From the NCBI GenBank assembly GCA_022813965.1, contig JALDZS010000052.1, forward strand, positions 1-64,000: a DNA stretch of 64,000 nt, read 5' to 3'. A program made the position numbers and the translations under genes. How positions within the stretch are numbered: the first letter of the stretch is position 1; each line of letters opens with the position of its first letter. The notes under the pieces were generated by a model that had not been told where the DNA came from, ran no database searches, and was given only the letters and a program-made list of their open reading frames with translations. Positions 1-11,683 of this stretch are shown in pieces. The DNA is from Toensbergia leucococca (lineage: Eukaryota).

Positions 1-799
1 TATATAAAACCTCTTCTCTTAAGACTTTTTCTCTGCCCGAACGAGAATTTTTTCCTTCTTCTTGAGGCGGAGTTTGCGGCCGTAAATGGTTTTGAAATGA
101 TGCTTTGTAGGCCCGACGCTACAAGAGGCAACTTCCTTCGTTATTTTGAAGTTTCTTCATCTGGGTCTCTCCGCTATGGGTGCTGAGATGACTGTAGAAG
201 AGCCCGCAAGATTCGTCCGCAGGTATGTTGCTGCATTAGTTGGGATTCGAGAGCGGACGGTGAGTGTGCTTTTAGGTCTAGGTCTAGGTAGCTAGCACCT
301 TTTGAAGAAAGGCTTTTTCTTCATGGGATGGGCTTTTTTATATCGTCATATGGTTTATCTAATCCAGAATATCTTTGCTTGAATAATTCTAGTGTTGAAT
401 TCCATTTTTGCTCTCCTTTTTCCTTTCAAGGGGCGGGATTTCTGGAGAGGGAATATCTTTACTCGTTCCTCTCGCTTTACGAACGCAGCTACCTGCATTT
501 GGAATTTTGTTATGGAGGAAGGTTAAGATTCAAGGAACCGTGAGGATCCGACCAAGCTCTTGAAAATTTCCTTCCTGAGAATATTTCTTGGGGGGGGGGC
601 TGATGGACATTTGCAGAAGTCCTATCCGTAGTCGAGCCTATTTTCTCATTTTCTCTTTTTTTTCTATTGTCTTACTATTGTTTTCTGAGGTGGGTTGATA
701 GGGAGGGGGATTAGAACCAAGCCTCTTCTTTTATTTTTTGAGGGTGAAGGTTTGAGGATCCCTGAGGGAACTGAAGGGGCAGGTGAGCTTCTAGCTATG

Positions 800-1915
800 A
801 ATCCTATGATTTATCAGTATCACTTTGTTCAGCCCGCTCGCTTTCACAGAAGCTGCATTCATCTGATAAACCTGTCAGTTAATTCAGTCAAGTCTACTCA
901 GGTAGAGTCAGTCTGTAGCCTGCTAATCTCTCTGACGCTCTGCACTGAGAAATGTCAACAAGAGTGCCGTAACAGTCTTCTTAAGCCTCATGTCATCACT
1001 CTGAATAACTTCTTTAAACACTGACACTTCAAGATGCATGAGTCATGCAACTGTGATGATTTGTCATGAGTATAACTTGAAGGTCTCATTCTTTTATATT
1101 AGTTTTAAGCTAAGTTTATTGTCTTTAAATGTCAGCTCATTGATTCAACGCTCTACACTCAGTCCTCAGTACAGATGTTCATAATTTAAGTATAATATCA
1201 TACAGACCTTCTCATAGATCAGAGCCTTGACACTAACATTATGAAGCAGCTTCTGCAGTGTTTAGAAGTATGTGCATTGATTATTAGTGAAAGATTTCTC
1301 TTTGTTAATATCAAGAACTCACTTATCTCACAACTGCTTCTTAGCAGCACTAAAGTGAATAAGATCTTAAGTGATATTAATGCTGAGCTGAAGTGATGAC
1401 TCTTAACTGAGAATGTTAACTAAGATTTACAGAACCTTGATATGATTTCTAAAAAATGCACAGAAATTGATCCGATTACTTTTAAAGAGTGTCAGTCAGA
1501 GATTCTTATGTGTAAATTTGTTGAGATTAATGTCAATGCTTTTGAAGAAATTCATAAAGTGCTCTTCAAAATGTTTGTATAGAGTGAGTTGAGCGTTATA
1601 CATTGATGTGTTTTTCACTGATGAAGAACTCTTCTTCTTCAATTTTTTGTAGTCACTAGCATCAGCAACACTCAAACACTTTATCTTCACAGAGAACTCT
1701 ATCTGAGTAAACATGATTGCATCATCATAAGACCTAAGACTGAGACTCAGATTACTGTCAGTTATATATGTGATGAGCTCAGCATCTTTGTTCTGTTTTG
1801 AGTCTGCCCTCCCTTTTCTGTTGATTAAAGCGTTCTCATATTTGTTAAATGCTCAGCAGATCTCATGTGCGGCGGACCAAAAGGCTGCGAGGCTATTGGA
1901 AAATTATGATCCTAG
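800..1915 (-). pseudogene. Degenerate relic ORF (repeat/TE-derived or dead gene) eroded by C-to-T transitions
   Basis: The minus strand has an intron-like gtaagc...ctaactaactccctag near 1913-1960, followed by protein-like reading (NSLAAFWSAAHEIC*AFNKYENALINRKG...MFTQIEFSVK...) broken by many stops. CpG is nearly absent and TGA/TCA are abundant. Family not recognised. Confidence 0.45.
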
Positions 1916-4143
1916 GGAGTTAGTTAGGCACTCGGGAGAGACTCGAGGGATGCTTACTACCAGTCCATCATGAAGGGTGGGACCCCCCACAACCACCACT
2001 CCTCCCCCCTCGCTCCTCTTTTGCTTCCCAGTATAATGTCCCCGGCACCCCCGCTAGGCTCCACTGTCCCCGGCGGGCTCCTTGTACAACGAGGAAGCTG
2101 TCGATGTTTTGGTGAGTTTGAACTCTGTATCCCTGGAGTATCAAGGGAATGGTTTTGGCATCGAATAAGATCTTTTCTGAACTATATACTCAATGTGGCG
2201 AGCGTGGTTAGTTAAATGTGAGCTGATGCCCAGTAGACTAATTATTTTTTAAGGTTTGATCTCATTCATTCTCTGATATCACAACATCTCTGAATGACTT
2301 CTTGCTATTATGATTTGGTTTTTTAATCATTCTCATTGGTTGATAGGAACTTGAAAAGAGTATAGACTATCGCAACACTCATGTTGCGCAGGAAGCTCTC
2401 TCATCATTTTAAAGTTGAATTGAGGCTCGATATTCAAATACACCACTGCTAGCTTAGGAAATCTTATAAATTTGGGGCTTCCTGAGTATCAGGTCTGTTG
2501 TCATGAGCTGCCTTGCGTTTTTTCTGCGTTCCTGTGTCGAAATCTACGTTGCGTTAGAAGTAGTTTTTGTCTGTCGCCCGACTCGTTGCCCATGAGCCGT
2601 TGTGTCTTCTCGTTACCCTTCGTTGCGGATGTATTAGTCTTCCTCTTTGGGGGCGTTACTGGGCAGGATTTGTATGGATTTGTTACTGCGAACTGCGTGC
2701 CATCTTTTGTGCTCTCGTAGTATTGACTTGCTGTAACGTAGCACTGGTTCCTTGAAAGTTGATCATGTTTAGGGGTGATTGCGCTCCCCTGAAAATATCT
2801 CCTATGGCTTGTTGGAGATTTGATGCCGAAAAGGCTAGTGCTATCAGAACAATGATGAGGAAGGGTGGTGATTAGACAAGAGTTTGATATAGATAAATAC
2901 TCCGATATTCCATTAATCAAGTGAAAGAAGAAGAAGAGAGAGAACAAGGAGAATGATACCTCGAGAAATGATGTCAAGAATTATATGAAAAGATTTCTGG
3001 CAGTGATGAAAACAATGAAACATACAATCGGAATAAGACAAAGAAAGGTAACAAAGGTGAAATTTGTATCTTGGACTTCTCATCGTGAGTATATGGTATG
3101 CTGTAATCGATATAGGGCTCTTGAAGAGATGGTGAGAAATATGAGCTGGGTCTGCGTTTACGATGATAACGACGAGAATTTCGATCTGTAAATGAGCCTG
3201 TGGATACTTCTGACCCATCTTCAACAACTTCACTGTGGCGATGAAGATGTGCTTGATAAGGACCGAGCAAGGCAGTCTCTTTTTCCCCAAGCCAGGGACG
3301 ACTTCCCTTGAAGCCACAACGAATCAACGATAAAATAGGAAATGCTGTAAATGACGTTGGACATCCCTCAAATTCAAGAATTTAATTGTGAGTGGGAATC
3401 AACCAAACTCTGAGCTGTGCTGATGGATAGTCGACGCTATCAAAAAAGGCAGCTATCAGGATTGCAGTAAGATGTCTATCAAGAGAATAAATCGACATCA
3501 ACAGGATCCATTGTGGAGATGGTCGACATTGGTGTAGAGCGAGCGTAGTAACATTGGTGTGATACTGCAACTATTTGGAGTAAATGGCCGCAGTTTTCCG
3601 TACGGCAGCGATGAATTGAGACGAGGTTGAGAAGGTCAGGGAGACTTTTGACTTTCTGTTTTCGGACAGGCTATTCAGTGGAAGTATTTTCGGTACGGCG
3701 GAACGTTGCCATTCAATTTGCAGTAGAAGAAGTTTGCTACATACCCCTACGGAGTCTTGAACAACGTGTAGGGCATCTCACATGATTTACTCCCTCGCAC
3801 AAGGAATTGAAGTCAGGGACACAATGGCAAAACGATGCTGATATTGTTTATCGATGTCAACAGAACCATTGTAATTATGTGACCATGCTGCTTATGTCTG
3901 ATGCATTCGAACCTGAAAATTGGAGACCTTTCAACGACATTTATTGAAACTTTTCACTGCTGAGGTACAGCTAAATTGTAATTCTGGCAGGGACAAAAGC
4001 AAATGCGGAAGAAAAGGGATGCAGGCCAATCGCAAGACGTAATCAGACCAACACAATCTGTAATCCTGACGATATTACTCGTACACAGCTATCCAACACA
4101 AATGTGCAATCTCAGTTTACAATGCCGTTGACAGCTTGCCTCT

Positions 4144-4779
4144 TTACTTCTTTTTACTGACCACAGGTTTCACCTTCCCAGTCTTGGGATCTTTGACACT
4201 AGGTTCGTACTTCGCCGGCGTCGAGTTCGATTTGGGGCCAACAGGTGTCTTCTTTGCTGTGGGTTTGCTCGCAGTCGAAGTCACTGATTTGGGTGCCTGG
4301 GGTTTCGATGCCACCGACTTAGCCACTGCTCCCGACTTTGGCGTGAATATTGGCGCCTTTTTCGCGCTCGAAGAGCCCATGCCTGCCCGATTGCTGCCAT
4401 CTCCCAACCCTAGAGGGTTGGCAGCAGTACCGCTCCGACCTGTGCCAGATGCCCCCTTAATACTAGACGGCGCACCAGACAAAGCACGTTGCCCGCCGCC
4501 CGCATTGTTGGCCAATCCCAAGGGATTGCCCGCTGTACCTACTCGAGCTCCAGGCGCTTTGGTATAGTCTTTGATGGCGTTACCATAGTCCATTGCGCCA
4601 TCACCATAGTAGCGAATCGAGCTGTCAATGCTGCGCCCGATACCGTTGATACTGTTACCGACGCCGCTGACGACACCGCCGGCCACGGAGCCAGCACTCG
4701 CAACGTAACCCGAGATCGTGGGAGCGATGGCGTTAGACACACCATTTCCAATGGTGCTAGCGATCCAGGAAGATGCCAT
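4144..4779 (-). CDS. Hypothetical protein, 211 aa; Gly/Ser/Ala-rich N-terminus and Pro/Lys-rich tail
   Basis: Uninterrupted ORF with good start context (aaaATGg) and protein-like composition (GNSINGIGRSIDSSIRYYGDGAMDYGNAIKDYT). Confidence 0.7.
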   Translation of the reverse strand: MASSWIASTIGNGVSNAIAPTISGYVASAGSVAGGVVSGVGNSINGIGRSIDSSIRYYGDGAMDYGNAIKDYTKAPGARVGTAGNPLGLANNAGGGQRALSGAPSSIKGASGTGRSGTAANPLGLGDGSNRAGMGSSSAKKAPIFTPKSGAVAKSVASKPQAPKSVTSTASKPTAKKTPVGPKSNSTPAKYEPSVKDPKTGKVKPVVSKKK

Positions 4780-4869
4780 TTTAATTGGTTGGTGGACGTT
4801 GGGTTTGAAAGTATGTTTACGTGGATCTTGAGTATAGACGCGTAGATGGATAGATTACCTGGTAAGAAT

Positions 4870-5181
4870 CTATGCTTTGGGCTTTGGGGCGGATTTCGGG
4901 GCGAGTTTGGGGATGTTTTTGGCTAGCTTTGGTGCACTACCGGCTTCGGAAGCGGGCTTGGAATCAGGTAGCTCTTTAATTCTATTCGAGACTCGAGGAT
5001 CGGATATTTTTGGAGCGGGTCTGGGATCGGTCTTCGATGGTGCAGGTAGTTCCTTTGGAGGGAGCTTTGGGGCGGTCCTGACCTTCCAGTCGGGCTTAAT
5101 CTTAGGGGCGCCCTGGGATCTAGTGGCGGTGAAGTTTAGAAAATCCTTGTCAAAGAAAATGTCAAAATTGATATTAGGCAT
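4870..5181 (-). CDS. Small Pro/Lys-rich hypothetical protein (~103 aa), or an upstream ORF of the adjacent gene
   Basis: ORF MPNINFDIFFDKDF...APKLAPKSAPKPKA* with repeated APK motifs; it stops only 90 bp before the next ATG. Confidence 0.5.
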   Translation of the reverse strand: MPNINFDIFFDKDFLNFTATRSQGAPKIKPDWKVRTAPKLPPKELPAPSKTDPRPAPKISDPRVSNRIKELPDSKPASEAGSAPKLAKNIPKLAPKSAPKPKA

Positions 5182-5705
5182 TTGGAATGCTTGTGAGCAT
5201 TGGAGGAAAGTTGATGATGGGAGGTTGTAATGTTGATGGGAACTTGGAAAGAGGACTCGGGTCGTACTAATATGCATTCGACGCGACTTGCGACGTCATT
5301 TTAAGAAGTGTTATTTGCTTGATTCCGAGACAGTGTGGCAGGGTTGTTGCTTGCTTCGGCCAACGTCATGTATGGCATTTTCCTTGGTGCTGATTTGTCG
5401 TTGCAATGATTTACAATGATCTGCACCTTGCTAGGCTTTGTGGGGACGCGCTCCAAGCATATCGGCAGTCTGTGACTGGCTCACGTCACATACACCGCCA
5501 CTGTCATTTCATGTTCCAGCCTCCATGACTTCATCCTGCTCGCGTGATTGGCATCATCGGCTATGCCAATTTTATATCCGTTCTTCCCTTTTTTGGCATC
5601 CGTACGGATACTTCTTAATCCATCTGACTAATAATTAATACTTTCTCTTCATTTTATGCCGGGCACTCTGAGACTGTCGTTATTGTAGGTACTTCAAGTC
5701 GTGTC

Positions 5706-7888
5706 ATGTCAGTAACCAAGCCAAACCTCGGGGGAGGTGTATCCTTGGATGCCAAAGAGCCATTTCCTGGCGAGCAAGCCATCAAGCATGGCGAATATTC
5801 ACAGGCCTCGCGAGCCTTGGGCTTGGCTTCCTACTTCCTTTCTGGTTGTATGGCGTAAGTATCTCTCTTCTATCTTGTAATGAACTCGGTCTAAACTAGT
5901 GTTTTGAATAGCATAAACGCGTCCCAAGTCATCGGCGTTCCTTTGTATCTTCTCAACAAGGACTGGTATAATGCTTGGATAGCCTTGACAAAGCAATCGT
6001 TTGGCCTCCTTACCATGACTATGACGCAGTGGTGGGCTCCGACAATCTTGAGGGTTAGTGGACACGAGAGTGTTCGGGGACAGTTACTGCAGACTTTAGA
6101 TGGGAATTTACTTTGTGATTTCCCGGAGAGACTCGTCTTAATAGCAAATCACCAGGTTTTTTCTCACACCTCATCAGACGATGCTCAAGCTAACATATGG
6201 TCTAGATCTACACTGATTGGTTATATCTGTGGTGGATAGGATATACTGCAGGCATGCACGGCCGCATCTACATCGTTCTAAAAGAATCTCTGAAACGAAT
6301 CCCAATCATTGGCTGGGGCATGCAATTCTCCCAATTCATCTTTCTCAAACGAAACTGGGAAAAGGATAAACCTAATTTGGCAGGCCACTTGCAGAAACTC
6401 AATGAACCGTCCAAGCCCATGTGGTTATTGATTTTTCCAGAGGGGACCAATCTTGCATCTGACACACGAGTAAAGAGTAAGAAATGGGCCGCACAGAACG
6501 GAATCCAAGATATGCATCACCAACTCTTACCACGAAGTACCGGCCTGCAATTTGTCATACAGGAGCTACGACAGACGGTGGATTACGTTTATGACTGTAC
6601 TATTGCCTATGAGGGTGTCACGTACGTGGCCTTTCGTGTCTACTGATTAATTTACGACATTAGAAGACTAACAGTTTTTAGTCGCGGAAGATACGCGCAG
6701 GACATTTTTACCGTCAAAGCCTCGTACTTTGAAGGTCGGCCCCCAATATCGGTCAACATGTATTGGCGCCGCTTTGCAATATCTTCCATACCCGTCGACG
6801 ACCCCAAGGCTTTTGATATTTGGCTTAGGAATCGCTGGATTGAAAAGGACAACCTTATCGAATATTACTATCGCACGAAACAATTCCCGGCTGATGAAGG
6901 TGTTGACAAAGGACCTGACGGAAAGACTCGTCGAGGCGCTGGCTACATTGAAACCGAAATCAAAGCATTTCATTGGTATGAATTCATGCAGATATTTGCA
7001 CCTGTCGGCCTATTCGCTTTGGTGCTGTACATGTTCTATGGTGCACTTCCGAAGCCCTTTGTAAATTCCATCAACAAGCAATCTGGTCCTAAGAAATTGA
7101 AGACAGTCCCTCAGGTCGAAATTGAGGGAAGTGAGCAAAAACTTTTGACGGGTCCAGATGCCGAAGTTTCTGATAATGGTTTCAAGACGCCAACAAGGCC
7201 TCAGAAACCTGCGATTAAGAAGCTAGCCACACGGAAGGCGCCCCCAAAATTGGCGACCGCAGAAAAATTTCCACACACTGCATCAACGATTCAGGAGCCA
7301 CATGTGAGCACACTCAAACAGCAGTTGCAGGATGAAATGGCAAGGAGGCTGGAGAGCGATCATGGGGGGCCACCGGTGAGTGCGCGCACGCAACAGCTGC
7401 AGAATGAAATAGCAAAGAGACTCGAGAACAAACGTGAGGCGAATCCAACACCGAAGATTCACAACAACGAGCAAAAGTCAACCGCTACACAAAAGAAGAT
7501 CGAACCACAGAAGCCTGCACTCAAGAAAGCTGAGTCAACAAAAAATGAAACCAGTGTTGTGTTCCAAAAGCCCCAAGTGCCAAAGCCAGCGCTCAAAAAG
7601 TTTGTAGCACTGCAGCCTCAACCACAGCGGCCACCACTCAAAAAAGTCCTCAAGAAAGTCGAACCACAGAATCCTCAATCACAGAGGCCATCGCTCAAGA
7701 AAGTCCTCAAGAAAGTTGAATATGAAGACAGTGTTCCATCAAAGCCTGCATCCAAAAAGTCCGAGTTGAAAAAGAGTGGACCTCAAAATGTCGTACCACA
7801 GAAGGCTGCACCTAAGGCTGTGCCAACAGAGGTCAAGAAGCACGCAACCAAGAAGATCGAGCCTGCGAAATCAGCGCCGAAAAAATAG
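5706..7888 (+). CDS. Lysophospholipid/1-acyl-glycerol-3-phosphate acyltransferase (PlsC family, Cst26/LCLAT-like) with long Lys-rich C-terminal extension; 3 introns
   Basis: Motifs IANHQ|IYTDW (NHxxxxD, split by an intron), LKESLKRIPIIGWGMQ, FIFLKRNW, IFPEGT, LLPRSTG and YDCTIAY. GT-AG introns at about 5855-5911, 6156-6206 and 6622-6682. Confidence 0.92.
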
Positions 7889-8177
7889 AGGATTACTTTA
7901 TTGAATTAATTTTGCGCCAAAAATAAAGGCCATTAGATTGACGGCTTGGGACGAGTGAGCGTTCAGGGAGAAGAATACATTCTCAGGACATGCGGCTTCG
8001 AGCCCGAATGACACCTGTCAAATGCACAGATTCACAACGATACGTCTCGCACGAGCCGTAAATCACCGGATTGACTCTGAGCTCGGAGACATACTACCCT
8101 GTATCCATGTGCCTTGCTACTATGGTCAGAATTAATTTTCAGAGCCTCTTTACCTTCGTTATTCTCCACACGGTTTG

Positions 8178-8713
8178 TTATGTCGCCTGCAACCACACTT
8201 CCACTGGCTGGTAAGGTCTCCGGAATTGCCGCAGAATCAAACACAAAGCCGTGAACCCATCACTGGTGATCAACTCCCCACTTTCCCACAAAAAGTCCCT
8301 GAAACTCTCATCGGGGGTCGTCAGCTCAAAAAAAGCTACGCAAAAGAATAGAATCAGTGACATGACCCATTCAAACTCCCGGAGGAGAGCCAGTGTCCCG
8401 TTATGGGCAACTTACAGTCTGCATGCGCGACCAGACCCGTCTCCAGCAGTGCCCATTGCAAAGCGTATGTTCCCGCAGGAAGTATAAAAGCAGCGGTGGC
8501 GATGTTGGGCGTTAGGCGTCTCGTTTGCGAAGGATAATAGCAAATGCCATTTCCGCGAGCAAGGAGGCGGCGATTGGGACTCGGAGGCGAGGGAGCGAGC
8601 TGGCAGTCTGTGGGGATGACGGACGGGGCGCAGTGGCCGTGGATGCAGGCTGCTTGGGCCGTTGACCCTAGCAGGAAGCAGAAGATTGCTACCGGGACGA
8701 GGGCAAGATTCAT
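8178..8713 (-). CDS. Small secreted Cys-containing protein (~150 aa), 1 intron
   Basis: Signal peptide MNLALVPVAIFCFLLGSTAQA. Intron gtaagt...ctgat...cgtag (about 8415-8336) joins in frame to SFFELTTPDESFRDFLWESG...WLQAT*. Confidence 0.7.
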
Positions 8714-10270
8714 TTGATGAACGTATTTTTTTATTTTGAGTTCTGGGGGTTTATGTGAGATGAGGAAATCTGGTATTTGGGGTGGGATTGGGGACAATGC
8801 GAGTCGCGTATCTTGTTGCACGGTACCTTTTATGCGCTGGGCTGGGAGGTTGGGGGGTGCGTTTGGGTTGGGCGGGATAGTTTGACTGCCTTTTTTTGGT
8901 TTCTCTTCTTGAATATATTATACTATATATTACATGCCTTTGCCCTCACGTTTCAAAATTAGGTTGTGGGAATTGATGGCTGTTTTTTTTGATGGTCTAT
9001 GAGATGACATTTCTTTTTTTCTATTTTACTTATGAGAAGAGGGGGGTGTGCTCATGTATGTTTTTTTTTTTTTACACCTCTTCTCTCTCTTTTTTTTAAA
9101 CCTCAACCTCTGAATTCTTGTTTCTTTGCTAACTTTTTGTTGTTGTTATTGTGATTATTGTGAAGGGTTTTAGATGTTGAAATATGTGTTTTAATCATTT
9201 TGTTTTGAAGTTTTCCTTTTTCTTTTCTTTCTTTCTTCTTCTTTCTTCTCCTCCCTTCTCTAGGTAGTCAAATGATGGTCAAGAAAGAAGAAACTGAAAT
9301 AAATTTTCTGTCAACCTGTGATGGATAGAATTTCACATGCTCAGTGAATGTGAGAAAAGATCAATGAATTCAATCTTTTCACTACAGAACAAAAATTTGA
9401 TAATCAGTTTTTGGAGTTTTCATTTCTCTTTTTGAGGGTGTATGTGCTGTAGAGATCTTGTAGAGAATTGGATGCAGGTGAGTTTTGATGAAGGTTTTGT
9501 AAGAGATTTTGTAGGGGGTTTTTTGAGAGGTTTTGTAGAGAGTTTTTGAGAGGTTTTGAAGATGGCTTTGAAGATGGGTGAGAAGATGAGTAAGAAGATG
9601 TGAGTTGCAGATTTACAAGGGGGGAAAGGTTCTGAGTTGAGATTTTGCTTGGGAGATTGATATTGAGATGAAAGCATTACGGCCTCTGCTGTGATGTCTT
9701 GATTGTTGATGATGTGCTGTGTGTTTTGATGTGTGTTTGATTGTTGTTGAGATGGGTCGAAGTGGGATGATGGGGTGAGCTGAGTGTTTGTGGTACATGA
9801 GTCATGAGGGATGAGGGTGGTGGTGATAGCGGGTTATAGAAACAGGGGAAAAGGGAAAGGGGTTTGAGGGAGGTGAGTGGGATGTGGAAGTTTTGTGATG
9901 GGGGCGTGTGAGGGTGGTCAGGGAGGGGGCTGGAGGGAGTTGGGTGTGAAATGGGGTGAGGTGGGATGGTTTGAATGATGATGATGCTAGGAGTCCGGGT
10001 GTTGAGAATTTTGAGGTATGGAGGAAGAGTGAATGGGTCGAGAGGGGAGGCCTGGCCCACGGTCCATATGCATCAACTAGAGTATTTGGTGATGAGGGAT
10101 CTGTTTCTGATGTGTCTTTTCAAACGAGAGCTGGTGGGAGGATATGCTTCGGAGATATTTCCATTGCTGTCGATCCAATAAAATGTAATTCAGGCCTCCA
10201 GTGCCATGGTATCGCCCCAGATTCCCTGTAAACAACGCAGTCTAAGTCTTTCAAGCTTCTTCAATGTCTC

Positions 10271-11217
10271 TTATGACGATGCGATTGTGGCCAAGTATAG
10301 CAGTCCCGCCGCTTTGACCGTGTTCAATACTACGTCCACTCTAATCCTTTGCGTCCCCGCAGGAATCGGCTGAATCTGCACACTTGCGCAATTATGGCAA
10401 TTGTCGTTCCCATTCGGCAGCGACCGCCACGTAGCATAGTTCTTGCTCGTATCGTACACCTGGGATTGAATGTTGAGGAATTCGGCGAAGACACTAGTTT
10501 TGTGGTCCAGCCCTGTCATGACGGCCTCGATAGCATAGTCATTACTATTGGTATTAACTTCCACGGACTCAGCGGCTGACCAGGTTGTTGTGTGATCCTG
10601 TATGATTCTAATAAAGTTTTCCGTGTTCACACAATAGGCCATGTATACTTCCTGGGTCGCGAACCCGGCCTTAGCCCGGATGCCGTCTACACAGATTTCG
10701 TTGTCGGCACAGTGGCTGTGGACATTTTTGAAATCGAAAAGATCGGTTTGATGACGACAGGTGGCCAAGAGAGCTTGAGGACTGGTTTGGCGAAGGCACA
10801 CTGAACCTTCGAACACGGGCCACGATGGCAATGGACAGTCATTTTGAGGGCTGGAAAGGTCACGCTTGGAGGTGCTCGGAGGTAAGGAGACGGTGGAGAA
10901 TTGGTGGAGGATGGGAATCTCCCTGGAGATGTCGGTACCATTAGAATTACGCACACTGACGTCGAAGGTCGGAGGGCTATCAGGTAAATGCTTAGTTAGG
11001 CTGCGATTCTTCTTCACGTTAACGGAGGGAGCACGACATACACCGGGTTATTTGAAGTGTCTCGAATAAGATTGGTAGAGGGTACTCCTGACGACTTGAT
11101 ACCCTCATGGCCAACTGTCAAGGCACTGGTTCCCTTCAGGGCAAGGTCGAGTAGCACAAAGACCAAACAGCGAATCCTCCAACCCATAGCGGGTGTGGCT
11201 GAAAGAAGGAGAGACAT
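10271..11217 (-). CDS. Secreted Cys-rich protein (~290 aa), 1 intron
   Basis: Hydrophobic N-terminus (RCLVFVLLDLALKGTSA). Intron gtatgt...ctaac...gatag near 11040-10977 fuses in frame to the 248-aa ORF. A KR (kexin-like) site precedes a domain with about 8 Cys. Confidence 0.75.
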
Positions 11218-11683
11218 GGCATGAATCGGGCATACATATCATTTCTGTTATCTAATATGTTATCCTAATGCCAGGATGGTGGCCAAGGACTAAGCTCATC
11301 GGCCGTATCACGCCCATACATCGAGTCCCGCTTATACATTGTCGAAACATTGGCGCTTCCACGCCAGCGAGCCCAGAAGAAGAGGATAGCATTTCTATCA
11401 GTTTCGCGCATCAAGGGAAGAGACGGGTGTTGTAAAGAAAAAGGGAACTTAGTGCACTTCTATTGAATACGGATATGCTGATTGATGTTGTAGAAAATGG
11501 TTGGAGGTTAGGGTTTGGAGAGTTGGAGGTTACCTTACCGTACAGATGCTTGGCGCTTACTAACTGCATGTGGTGATGTGCTAGCCTCAGCCCTATCAAT
11601 GGACAACATCAGACTGCTCTTTAGATCCTACTCTTGCCGTTACCCTACCTCCTACCCACCTATGCTCGATCAAAGCGTCCGAC

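Noticed and set aside
2501..3327. Minus-strand ORFs of 117-158 aa
   Set aside because: They could be exons of a small hypothetical gene, but I found no recognisable motif and could not build a convincing splice model.
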